38,682 nt of DNA from Bigelowiella natans CCMP2755 (lineage: Eukaryota; Protista; Cercozoa). Location of the stretch: assembly GCA_000320545.1 (NCBI GenBank), contig ADNK01002251.1, forward strand, positions 1-38,682, given 5' to 3'. A model generated the notes under the pieces. It made no database searches. It was not told the origin of the DNA and saw only the letters and a list, made by a program, of their open reading frames with translations. Positions 1 to 23,485 of the stretch are shown here, piece after piece (the first letter of the stretch is position 1; the number at the start of each line of letters is the position of its first letter). The position numbers were made by a program, and so were the translations under genes.

Positions 1-596
1 GGGGGGGGGGGAGGGGGGGAAATCGCTCGGAGTCATCACAAAAATGAAGATCTGGATTGCTAATTGATGGCTAGCTTCCTCCCTGAAGTTGTTGGGTATA
101 TTTAGAGCAGCGAACGACTATTCGCACAGACGACTAATGACACTCACCCTGCATGGCAGCCACTCCCCAGTGTGCACGCCATCTTGTAAAACGGCCACCT
201 ATTATTTCAAAGAAGCGTTTGTTTTTCTACCACCCAGGAGTTGCCTCAAGCAACGAAAGTGTTGTGTGCTTCTACAAATGGGGGGAGGGGGCTCATTTAC
301 TAGCTTCGTCATCGAAAGAATAATGGTCAAACGCAACTTAAATACTTATTCTAAGCCGATGTTTACACCATACGCATGCATTTAGACGCGATGTATGATT
401 TCGGGGGATGTTAATTCTCATGTACGCTAGCATTAAGAGCAGTATCACAAGCATCTATCCACGGTCTCTCTTATCTACGACAACGAGGACGACGATGAAG
501 GCGAAGACAACGACCTCCATATCAAAGATGTTGCGGTAAATGCTCTCAAAGTCCAAGTAGTTCATTGCGTGGAACAGGGTCAGCCGTCTGTGATTG

Positions 597-13046
<12,450 letters not shown>

Positions 13047-13047
<1 letters not shown>

Positions 13048-14166
13048 AAACAAAGCGTGCACATGCGGGGGATGAGCACACATTTGTGCATGCATCTAGG
13101 CACATGGCACAACGTGCGCGGGAGCCGCACACATCACCACGCACTAGTGCGCTGCACATGCTAGCATGTCGCGCTCCATCATTGTTCTTGCAGGTTCAGG
13201 TGGGGGCAAGAGCAAGTGAATGTGGTGTTGAGCATTGAAACTGCATTGACATGCACTTTGATTTCGTTTTCAACGCAACATTGAGGTTGCTTTCAGCAGG
13301 TTCTGAAAACATCGATCAACTTTGTCAAACACCAGAAGAAATTGCGGCAAAGCAAACAGCCATGAGAAACAGCAGAATGCAAAAACTGAGAAAATGTTGC
13401 AAAAAAACAACAAGATGACAGCTGCATTGTGTCTTTGTTTACCCTGCTGACTCCATGAATTTGGTGGTCTTCTCCAGTTCTGGCCCCAAAGAAGCTAACG
13501 AAGGTTTGAATCTCTCATTGGTTTGCAGAATCAAACCCGATTTTGGGTAGGTGATCAATTTGCTCACGTTCAATTGCTCGCCTTTGATTTCCTTGATGCC
13601 TTTCCAAACTTGCAGCTCGCCGTGGTCTGTTCCAATGACCAATTGATGTCCATCCAATGAAGTTCCGACAGACAACACTTCACCGTGGCCTTGGAGCTTG
13701 GCTTCTTGTGCCACAGAAGCGACGTTCCAGATCCGTACGGTGTTGTCCCAACTCCCGCTGGCGATGTGCTTCCCATCCGGTGAAAATGCAACCGAAGTGA
13801 CCGAATGGGTGTGGCCTTGCAGCTTGGCATCTTGTGCTCCAGAAGCGACGTTCCAGATCCGCACGGTGTTGTCGCCACTTCCGCTGGCAATGTGCTTCCC
13901 ATCCGGTGAAAATGCAACCGAAGTGACCGAATGGGTGTGGCCTTGGAGCTTGGCATCTTGTGCTCCAGAAGCGACGTTCCAGATCCGCACGGTGTTGTCC
14001 CAACTCCCGCTGGCGATGTGCTTCCCATCGGGTGAAAATGCAACCGAAGTGACCGAATGGGTGTGGCCTTGCAGCTTGGCTTCTTGTGCTCCAGAAGCGA
14101 CGTTCCAGATCCGCACGGTGTTGTCGCCACTCCCGCTTGCGATGTGCTTCCCATCCAGTGAAAATG
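13047..14166. other. TpA-depleted tract 1
   Basis: Manual count gives 7 TA in ~1120 bp. In non-coding 13047-13439 all 3 TA are in CTAG, and 13551-14166 has only one TA. Confidence 0.9.
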
Positions 14167-17100
14167 CTAGGCCATATATTGTAGCCTTGTTGTCGATTTT
14201 TACCGTGGTGGGATTGAGACGGCTAGGTTTGTTGCTGCGCGTCCATTGATATTTGTGCGGAATGTTTGGCATCCAGTCCTTTTTTGTTTGCGTTGCAATT
14301 TTGAACGGACTTGATTTGTTAGGCATTGCAAGAGCACACGGATAAATCCAACGAGGATCGTTTTGAAGAGAAGGTATGAGGGACAACTTGGCCCAACGCG
14401 AATGCTCTCCGCAAGTTCTTGACGCCTAGATTCCTTTTGTGCTTCTACAATGGCTACATTACAGGCGTGAACAAATTCTGAGACGGTGTTAGGACAAAGA
14501 CGCACGCGAATCTCACAAAGATACAAAGAGGTGAAATATCCCTCGATGACTCTCCAACATTTGCCTCTCGTTGCATGAGAGCCACAGTGCTGTACAGCAT
14601 ATTTTAGATTGGGAAGAGCCTGGCCTCTGCTGCTTGCAGGATGCTCGCCATTTGTCCAACGTTTTGGAAGTTTCAGTTGTTCATCGAACGGTTTGACGTT
14701 GTCTATACTTTTTAGGGGTAGTTGGCCCAGGAACGTACGTAGAACATTGTCCCACAGATGCTCAGCGAATAAATGGTGTCCTTTGCGCTCATTAATGCGA
14801 TATGGATACAGCTTGCCACTCTTGTATGCTTTATTGTCCACAAGGTAGTCTTTTACACTTTTGTGGTTAAGCTGAATAACCCATTTGTAATCTCTCTAGG
14901 GTGGACTTCGTAGTAGTCCCGCAATTTTCTTTACTCTATTGTATACTCGATTGAACATTGGTTCAAACAACTTTTCGAAGCTGGCCTCATAGTCTCTATC
15001 TCTGCTGTGTAGTAGTATCTCGGTGATTTCCCACAGCTTTAGTTCCCTTTGAGCAGCGACTGTGACTTCAAGAATATCTTTGAGAAGATCCTTCTGAAAT
15101 TCATCTTCTGAAATAGCACGCTCGAAGCAACTGTGGTAGTAGGCCTCTAATTTAACAGGGAGTGATTTGAGAACTTTCAATAGATTTTTATCCTTTATAT
15201 TCTCGAACACATCTTCATTATTCTTAAAAACTAAGTTTGCGTACAAGAACATTCCCTTAGCCTTTTCAAGAATGATGTTGGTATACTCGTGGAGGCCCTG
15301 ATCTGCGATATTTCTCTCTTTCAGCTCGTGCTCCACATAACGCCGGACGTCAGCAATGTTATCTTTGTTTTCACACTCAATCTTCAGAGGCTCATAAAGG
15401 TCGAGCTCTTCTTTCACTTTGACTTCAGGTCTGCTACTAACCGCCACTCCTACCCAGCTAGGCAAATCTTGCAATCGTCTGCGGAGGATTCTCAAAATCG
15501 ATGAATTTGCATCCTCTAGCTTAGCCTCATCAAGTGCATCAATAAGTAGCACTATCTTTTGGTTGGGCGTCTCACTAAATTTATTCCTGAAGGGATATCG
15601 GAAGAATCTATCCCAATTACCATTTGCGTCCCCGCCTTCAGTCCCTCCATTCTTTGTAAGTTCTTCATATACTTTCTCCTTATACCATGGTAGCCTTTCG
15701 GTGAGTTGGTGCGCAAGGGAGAGCAGAATTTTCTCTGCTTGCCTCGAATTTTCTCGTGTATGGCTACAAAAGTGCACGGCTAGAATGTTGTCTTTAAATT
15801 TTTCAGCCAAATGAGCCATAGATACTGTCTTGCCCATACCCGGACCTGCGCAGATCCACATCACTCGACTCTTACTCTCTTTTTTTAGAAGCCAATTTTT
15901 GAACTCTATGTCGATGAATTGACGAGTATACTCCAAGTACGGTTCGAGATGCTCCTTCAAGTCCCTTTTAGGATTGATGTAGTTCTGCTGTAATTCATTC
16001 TTAATTTTTTCGTTCATCTTTTCGTCTTCTGCAAGTTTTTTCCTAAGCAAAGGCTCTTTGAGCAAATTCAATAGAATCGCACCCACATCGTTGTTTTTTT
16101 CTCCATAGTGTCCTTTCTTAAGCTCTTCTAGCTTCTTCCATTGACCATATTGCAATTTGAAAGCAGATGCTTGCTTTTCTGTAGTGTTCACGGCGGCTAG
16201 TGTGAGGGGATCTGGTAGTTGATTTTGTGCAGCTTGTTTAGATTTCAAAGCGTTATGCAAGTCAAGTATTGCCCAAAAGGCTCCTGGGGCTTTTGTATGC
16301 CATGTAGCATCTTTGAATCGTTCTCTAGTCCAGTCAGAACAGGATTTCTTAAATTGTGCGTCGCCATCCTTGGATTCAAGAAGGTGGATGATGTGATACG
16401 TGCATTCATAGCACAATGCGACGAAGCCATCTTTCTTTTGAAAGTCTTTGATTCTGTCTGTGTAATCTTGAAAACTTTTGTTGCCATTCAAACACTCACT
16501 GGCCAGGCCCTCCATTTCTAATACCTTTCTGTGCCATTTTTTGTGCTTGAACTTTGGAACACCTTTCCAGCCATCTTTTACACTTGAAATCCCGCTTTCA
16601 ATCTTGTCGATATCTCCAAAAAAAATTTCAACAAATCCTGCACCACCACTGAGAATGTTATACCCTCCTTTGGCAATCTTGTAAAGGTTAGTTGTGGATG
16701 CCATGAGTTTCTCCCACTTGCTGGGATTTGCTTCAAGAAAAGCTAAGATTTGTTCAATCATTCTTGCTTGGTGTTCCAAAGGATAGTGCTTGGAGGATTT
16801 GACTATCTTTAATTTTTGGCGAAAACTGCTGAAAAGATTCTTGCGACGACCTTGCTCTTTGCTATCCCCCAACATCTGTAAAAAGCAATGTTATAACAAT
16901 GAACTAATCAGTAACTGTAAATACTTGAGAACAAGATAATCAAAATTGGATGGAGTAACATCACATTTACTTGTTATGGATCATCCCAACATTTGTAGAT
17001 AATGACCTTTTTCATTATCAGTGTGATCTGAAATAGCGAACCCAGTACATGGGAGTAGAATTCGGATTCCTTTTAGGTGTATGGACAAGATTTATACGCC

Positions 17101-17653
17101 CTCTCTTTCGTTTCATCGTCCAGTAGAAGGCCCAACGTACTACAAAACATTCCAACGTTGAATCTACTATGAAATGGAGACAGGGAGATTGAATTCATAT
17201 AAACACCTAGGACATTTAGGGACGTAGAATATGAAAGGAATATGGAACAAAGAATATCAGGCTAGTGGAAATGGATTACCTCTCACACAAGTTCTGCAAT
17301 GGAGTGACGTCTATTCCGAAAACTCTAACATCAAGCTTACTCAACATCTTATTAAGCCCAGCATACAGTAGCGTGCGTGACCAATGATCTATTTCCTCGT
17401 CTTTCAATAACGTTGCCCAAGTTACAAAGTAAGTCCTCAAGAATTCCAGTATGTCTTTATCTGCAGAATCCACTTGATTTGATGATATTGGTTGTAGTTC
17501 TGACAGTATCGTATATTCCATGATCACTTGGAACTTATCTTCTAATTTATTCGATTGTTTGAACTTGCTCAGAAAACATTTGTTGTATTTCGGTAGTCTA
17601 TAACAAGATATCAACACAGATATATGTAAGAATGAGAACCAATTGTTGTACAA
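13439..17653 (-). pseudogene. NACHT-WD40 (HET-E/HNWD-like NLR) gene with an in-frame stop and a frameshift
   Basis: Walker A is AGPGMGKT and Walker B is LLIDALDE; AVHFC, VSSRPE and KAKGMFLYA are also present. TAG at 14896-14898 is followed in frame by the winged-helix motif HKSVKDYLVD. A frame change near 14405 leads into the WD40 ORF 13439-14386. Upstream exons (17280-17653, possibly up to ~18170) are uncertain. Confidence 0.85.
13685..14166 (-). repeat. About four near-identical 126-bp (42-aa) WD40 tandem repeats
   Basis: The unit is GHTHSVTSVAFSPDGKHIASGS(G/W)DNTVRIWNVASGAQ(E/D)AKLQ. Homologous bases fall at 13736, 13862, 13988 and 14114. Confidence 0.97.
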
Positions 17654-17803
17654 GTATAAAGCATTTTACAAATGCAAATGAAATTATTAGATGGTACTAC
17701 ATTAACATGATTTATACGACAAACACATCCTCTCTTTCCCATTGTTCTTCATTGTTCATTGTTCATTGTTCCCCTCACACGCGCACGCCCACGCACACAC
17801 ATG

Positions 17804-17839
<36 letters not shown>

Positions 17840-18573
17840 CACACACGGATTGACATAGAGTGGGAAGGAGAGAGAAAGACAAAATTAGTATAGAGACAAT
17901 AATCTAGCCTGATTAGAGTTTCTATGGCGAAAATGAAACATGATTGAGAGGAAAGTGTAGGTTGATGATTGTGGTCAATTGAAAACTTACAATGCAATGA
18001 GGCGCTGCATCTTCTCTGCTGAAATATTGTTACTACCACGATCATTAATGGTATCCACAAAATCTCCGGTGGACGTGATTTTGAATTCGTTCAAAATCGC
18101 TTCTTCGCCAGACTGACAACAGAACAAACAATGAAGTAATGATGCAAATAAACGTTGCATTGATCCGTACATCCGCACATGTTGACATCATCATTTTTAT
18201 TGCCTTCACATTACGAGTGGAATGTTACCATGTTAGATTCTTCTGGTCTGTTTTCGATCAGATGTCTACGAATGAGACCTTGTTAGGTAAATGCATCGGA
18301 TGATAGATTTGAAAGAATACAACATGGTGATGAATACATTTGACTCGTCAAATGAAATTGTAGTGCATGCAATGTGTGATTACTACACAATTTCATTCAT
18401 CGCCAACCACACACACGCACAGCACCAGTTCTTTGATGGTGACAATGGCGTTCCACGTCCTTTGGATTTGCAAGGAAGGAACAAAAATAGCAGACATTTG
18501 TAAGGAGTAATGAAGAAAAGGTGGGCAATTTTGCTTTGCGACATAATGTCGCAGAACACATTTGGAGTGCCTA

Positions 18574-19489
18574 AATCTGCACAAATGGGCAGGAACAGCA
18601 CAGGTTTCTTTCTTCAATTCAATTGCCGCTCACAGCTGACACTGTGCGTTGCGAGGAAACACAAACGAATTCATTCACAGCGACAACAATGCACTCATCG
18701 TCGCAGAGGTTCCTGATGAGTTTTGGACAAATTCTGCCCACCGAAACCTCAGACAAACCTGATCATGGCCAGAGTTGCCGCAGGAAGAAAACGCCCACCT
18801 CAGCAAAATGGAAGTTCGCACTCTGCCGTTCTTTTCGCTCGGCTCAGAAGTCGGAAGTCAGAAGAATTGCAAACCCCAATGCACGTTTCCCATCGTTCTT
18901 GCGCACGATGTTTTGCACCAGTGCTCAGCTAGTCATTTCAACGTTGAGTGTTCAGTGCACGCACAACTTTCCTGCGTTGCGATGATGGAGGCTGCAAACA
19001 AGAGTGGTGTGTCGTTGCCTGAAACGCCGCAGAGCAGCAGAGAACAGGTTGCCTCGCAACGTGAACTTTCAGTGTTGCGTGGTTGTCTTGTCATTGGATT
19101 GCACAAAGGGACGCGCTTTTTGGACGCAGACCAGGAGAGTGCACTGACAAGGCGCAACTGAAAGCATGGCGGAATTCGCTAGCTCGGCTAGTTGAGATTG
19201 CAGCATCTTTCTCACATCCAGATCACATCGAGGAACAACACGTGAAGTGGTCACTTCGATTCCTCAAGAACCTGACAACAATTTCAGTGGATGTGCATGA
19301 TGACAACACGGCTAGACGGGAGAGATCGCTTCTGACTTCAGAGAAGAAGGCTAGAAAGGGTTGCAGCTAGACAGCACAATCGCATGCACAAAGATTGAAA
19401 TCAAGCCCACTGTGATCAACTCGTGAGCAGCAGTTCCCAGCCGATGTTCATGTCACTCTCATGAACATCGCCACAGCATGACATGAGCA
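18574..19489. other. TpA-depleted tract 2 (possibly a decayed gene)
   Basis: Manual count gives 6 TA in 916 bp, all in GCTAG. CpG is abundant. The ORF-track translations lying within the tract contain no Tyr. Confidence 0.93.
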
Positions 19490-19727
19490 TAAGCACATGC
19501 ACACAATTGGATTCTTGCATGCAATGCCAGGAACGCATCGACGGTCGATGCGAACGTGACTCAATCACGTGCTCTATGTGATAACACCAAATGTGTCATT
19601 CGTTTTTTTTTACACATGTACGTACAATGGGACTATACTTTTCAATCAAGCTAGCAAGCAATGTCTCATGTGTCGTCGAATCACAGTTGCCGAGCAACAA
19701 ATGTTTGTCGACTTAGCTCATCTTCCA

Positions 19728-21800
19728 TCACAATATTGCGGGAGCCCATAGCCAGTCATGAAGGCGAGGATTCAAGTTTCGATGAGGAATGTTAGTCTGC
19801 GGCGATACATATCCGCTGTCTTTCTGGAGCCATTTGCTGTACACCCTCTGTGTCATTTGCTGTACTATATCAGGATGCTCCTTGGCAAGGTTCCTATGCT
19901 CACTCTCGTCGTCCTCGAGGTTGAAAAGGAATACCGTTTCCTCCAAATATCCATCTTCCGGGGGAATGTAGGTGTAGTTGCTGATCGTGAACCACCCGCC
20001 AAGGGTAGCAAGCCCTGAGGATATATAACACGCAAAACTTTACAACTAGGAACTATCATCATTAGGGTTACCATCATTATCATCATCCTCTGTTTCTTTG
20101 TCATCATTACTATCTTCGTTACTATCAAATGTGTATGCTGGCTGCTTCTGCTATTGTTTGTTACCGGGCGCTACGAAATGCGGTGTACCCAAGATCAGCT
20201 TCCATGGCCATTGAAGAAGCGCGGTATAATTTGCCATTTTGGCATTTTTCGCAAACGGGTTCGGCGTTCCAATGGGGGTTAGGTCACGATTGATTGCAAT
20301 ATTAAGAGGAATTTCCGTCCTACCCGTTGGACCACCGCTACCATCACTGTAAGTCGTGGAGGAGTAGTTCAACCCCACCATAGCTTCCCAAGCGTCGTAT
20401 CCATCAATATCGCTCGGGAGACTATCAGGATCTAATCCAACCATTCCACTTGCAATTGTAGGGAAAATGTCGGACACGTGCATCAAGGTTTGGCTCCCGG
20501 TACCACGTGCCTGAATGTTAAAATGAGTAAAGAGGGGGCAGTGCAACATTGCATCATCGCCTACAGAAGATAAGGTGACTAACCACCGTTAGGAGAAGGA
20601 TAACAAAGGTGGTACTATTATTATCATTCAGTATAAGTAGTAGTAGTAGTAGTGCACATATGCCGATGATCTTGGTACCTTTTCTGGAAGAGCGCCTCCA
20701 AAGAGAAACGATACTGAACGGACCCCACCCTCGAAAAGCGTAGTCTTTCCTCCTCGAAGCGGCCAATTACTGCTCGCCGAGGCTGGGAAACCCTCTTGCC
20801 AATGGGTCATACCGCCGTTATCTGAAACAGCCCACACGATGGTTTCATTCCATATCCCAGCATCCTTGAGAGATTTAGCAACTTGACCTACTGCATCGTC
20901 CAATCTGGCTGCCATTGAGCACAAGACGGTCCTGTTCACATCCCTCGAGCCCCCCACTACATCTCGACAGGAATCAAGATATTTGGATTCTGGTGGGACT
21001 TGGAGCGGAAGATGGAGCAGTTGCTGCGCAAAATATATGAAAAGAGGAGAGGACGAGGTATTTGTTTCACTCACAGTCTTCTCCCTTTTCTTAGCCAATA
21101 TTGCCTCGAACCTTTCCTGGTACTTATCGACACTGTACTCTTGAAACATGTCGGTAAGGGCTGTTTTGTCTTCCCAGAAATCATATCCAGCGGCACCTGC
21201 GCCATATGGCGATGGATCCGGAGTTATACAAGTCCGTTTGTCCTTAGCAAATTCTTGACAGTTACTTCGGTAAAAACACCTTCCGGCACAGGACGGTATG
21301 GAGTGATTGTAGTAGTCGCATTGGCCTTGAAGATATCCCATGTATGACTGGAAACCTCGTTCAGAGGGCGTTTGTGCCCACGTTGCAGAACCTAGATGCC
21401 ATTTTCCAATCGCATGCGTCTCGTATCCTTCGCTACTGAGGACTTCCGCAAGGGTGCTAGTGTTTTGCGGAATTCCTGCATGAGAGCCTGGCATTAGTGT
21501 AGTATAATGCTGCATTCCGATATTAAAAGCATATCTTCCGGTGAGTATGGACGAGCGAGTAGGACTACATTGAGGGAATGTGTACATCCTATTCAATTTA
21601 ACACCCTGCTGAGCCAGCTCATCAATATTTGGGGTGGGGAAGTTCGATCCATGGAATCCTACATCAGCCCATCCAATATCATCTAGAACGAGTAGAACAA
21701 TGTTTGGCTTTTGGGGGATTGAAGCCACCTCCAGAGATTTTATTAGTAGCAGCAGTAGAAGGGAGAGGGGCATCATGGTTGAGTGCCTCGATGATCCCAT
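19728..21800 (-). CDS. Secreted arylsulfatase B-like sulfatase (formylglycine-dependent, S1 family), 3 exons
   Basis: It has a signal peptide, KPNIVLLVLDDIG, CSPTRSSILTGR (CxPxR), GKWHLG, SDNGG, NWPLRGGKTTLFEGGVR, MHVSDIFPT and LFNLEDDESE. Exons 21800-20679, 20510-20165 and 20014-19728 join in frame across GT-AG introns. Confidence 0.95.
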
Positions 21801-21956
21801 TTCTACATAAACACCTTCGGTTTAGAAGGTCGTCATAGACAATTACACCCGATTCCACCAAATGTGTGAACAATTGCATCATGGCCAGCGAAAAGCCATT
21901 TTCACACAAACAACTTCAGTCAGAAGGTCGTTACAGAAAATTACCCTCGATTCCAT

Positions 21957-23330
21957 ATGTATGATGGCCACAGTGTCATTTGTTGCCAACTGCAAAAAAA
22001 CATCAAAAACACCTTAAAAAAAATCATAGTGTGGTTGAAGGAAGCAACGGAGAAGCCCTTCCACACAGCTCTGTCTATGACGTGGAATGGAAGATCCACT
22101 CGTAGACACTTCGAGACAAATTTCAAGCCAATTACCTCTCTGATGATCAATCAAACGGGCAAGAACGTCGAATCCATCAATCGGCGGAGACAAATATTTG
22201 CGAAGAAAAGAAAGAAGAGTGAACCCAAAAGACTCAAATCAAACCATGAGAAAACATGCTCTGAATCTACTAAAATGGACGGAAATGTCACTCAGGGCAG
22301 CCTGGCTCCCTCTAAAAAAATGAAAGTTACTCCAATCAATTCTTTGCAGCAGCAGAAGGAGAAAATATTACCAGATGAAACCTCTGATTCGCAAAGTCGG
22401 AAACCAGAAGGAACAGTCCAAATGTGGAAAAAAATGCTCGATAGGTCAGGACCTACCTGGGGATCCACATCTATGCGCCTACATCGAGAAAACAGATGGC
22501 TTGCGAATGCTGTGGGCTTGTGTAAATACGATGACGCGGAAATTGTAGATTACAACACCATAAAAGACAAACATGATGCAAAAATTAGAAAACATCGGTT
22601 TGCCCCAAAAGCCCTTAGCCAATGGCATTGGTTCTTCGTTGGATCTCGAATAATTTCCCCTGTCACAGAAAATTTTGCAAAATTTACGCTCAGCTATGAT
22701 AAGTTTCAGCTAGCTCAAGGAAACTGTATGGAAAAGGAAATGGTAAAAGGAAGGCGTGTTTTCACATATGGTTGTGGAGGTGCAAAACTCTTGAAAACGT
22801 CCTCGAAAAGAAAAAGAGATTTTATTCAGCAGGTCATGACTGACACAGATGAGAAGCGTAAAATCCGTTTGGAGCATGCTAAGAAACACAAGGATGGGTT
22901 GACACATTATGGAAATAGAACAGTGAGGTTTGTGGACATTGATGGGAAGGAAACCTTTTACTCGGGGATGCCAATTGGTGGCGAACATGATTGGGACTAT
23001 CAAGACGCGGAATTCATCGAAAAATCCCTTACAGATAAAGCTATCAAGAAATGGACGGCTAAAAACGTTCGTTGGCGTGAAGTCAAAGTGCATCAAGGTA
23101 GATGGGAAATATTCGTTTCTGGAGAATTACACTTAAATCATGGAAACCTAAAAGAGCCTTGTGAGACGACCTCCGTTCTCATTGCTGATCAAATGGCAAC
23201 AAAACTAACTCCAGCAAGTTACCATGTTGAGTTGCGAGGAATCCAAATCCCCATTTGTAAAAAAAGAACAAGGCTGGACATCTTGAAGAATTTAGTAATG
23301 AAGTTTGAAAATACGTCCTTGACGAATTAA
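21957..23330 (+). CDS. Intronless hypothetical protein (up to 457 aa; true start may lie downstream)
   Basis: Long uninterrupted ORF with a basic, disordered N-terminal part (AKKRKKSEPKRLK) and a globular-looking C-terminal part. No motif was recognised. Confidence 0.55.
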   Translation: MYDGHSVICCQLQKNIKNTLKKIIVWLKEATEKPFHTALSMTWNGRSTRRHFETNFKPITSLMINQTGKNVESINRRRQIFAKKRKKSEPKRLKSNHEKTCSESTKMDGNVTQGSLAPSKKMKVTPINSLQQQKEKILPDETSDSQSRKPEGTVQMWKKMLDRSGPTWGSTSMRLHRENRWLANAVGLCKYDDAEIVDYNTIKDKHDAKIRKHRFAPKALSQWHWFFVGSRIISPVTENFAKFTLSYDKFQLAQGNCMEKEMVKGRRVFTYGCGGAKLLKTSSKRKRDFIQQVMTDTDEKRKIRLEHAKKHKDGLTHYGNRTVRFVDIDGKETFYSGMPIGGEHDWDYQDAEFIEKSLTDKAIKKWTAKNVRWREVKVHQGRWEIFVSGELHLNHGNLKEPCETTSVLIADQMATKLTPASYHVELRGIQIPICKKRTRLDILKNLVMKFENTSLTN

Positions 23331-23485
23331 ATTGTCTTTGTTCTCAATTTACATGCACGATGCGATGCCTCACAAGATTGTTCTTTTGTACACACATGAA
23401 ACACACATGTGCATACACACACACACATACACATGCACACACAATGCAACGTGGAGCTGATGTAGCGCCTAGTGTCCAAGGGCTA

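Noticed and set aside
1-18. Terminal G-run (and C-run at 38670-38682) as telomeres or inverted repeats
   Set aside because: They are plain homopolymers, common throughout the window and likely contig break points.
13685-14166. CRISPR-like periodic array
   Set aside because: The units are contiguous coding repeats with no unique spacers, in a eukaryotic context.
13570-14249. Long alternative-frame and antisense ORFs over the WD40 repeats
   Set aside because: They are by-products of the 126-bp periodicity and the lack of TA, which removes TAA and TAG stops.
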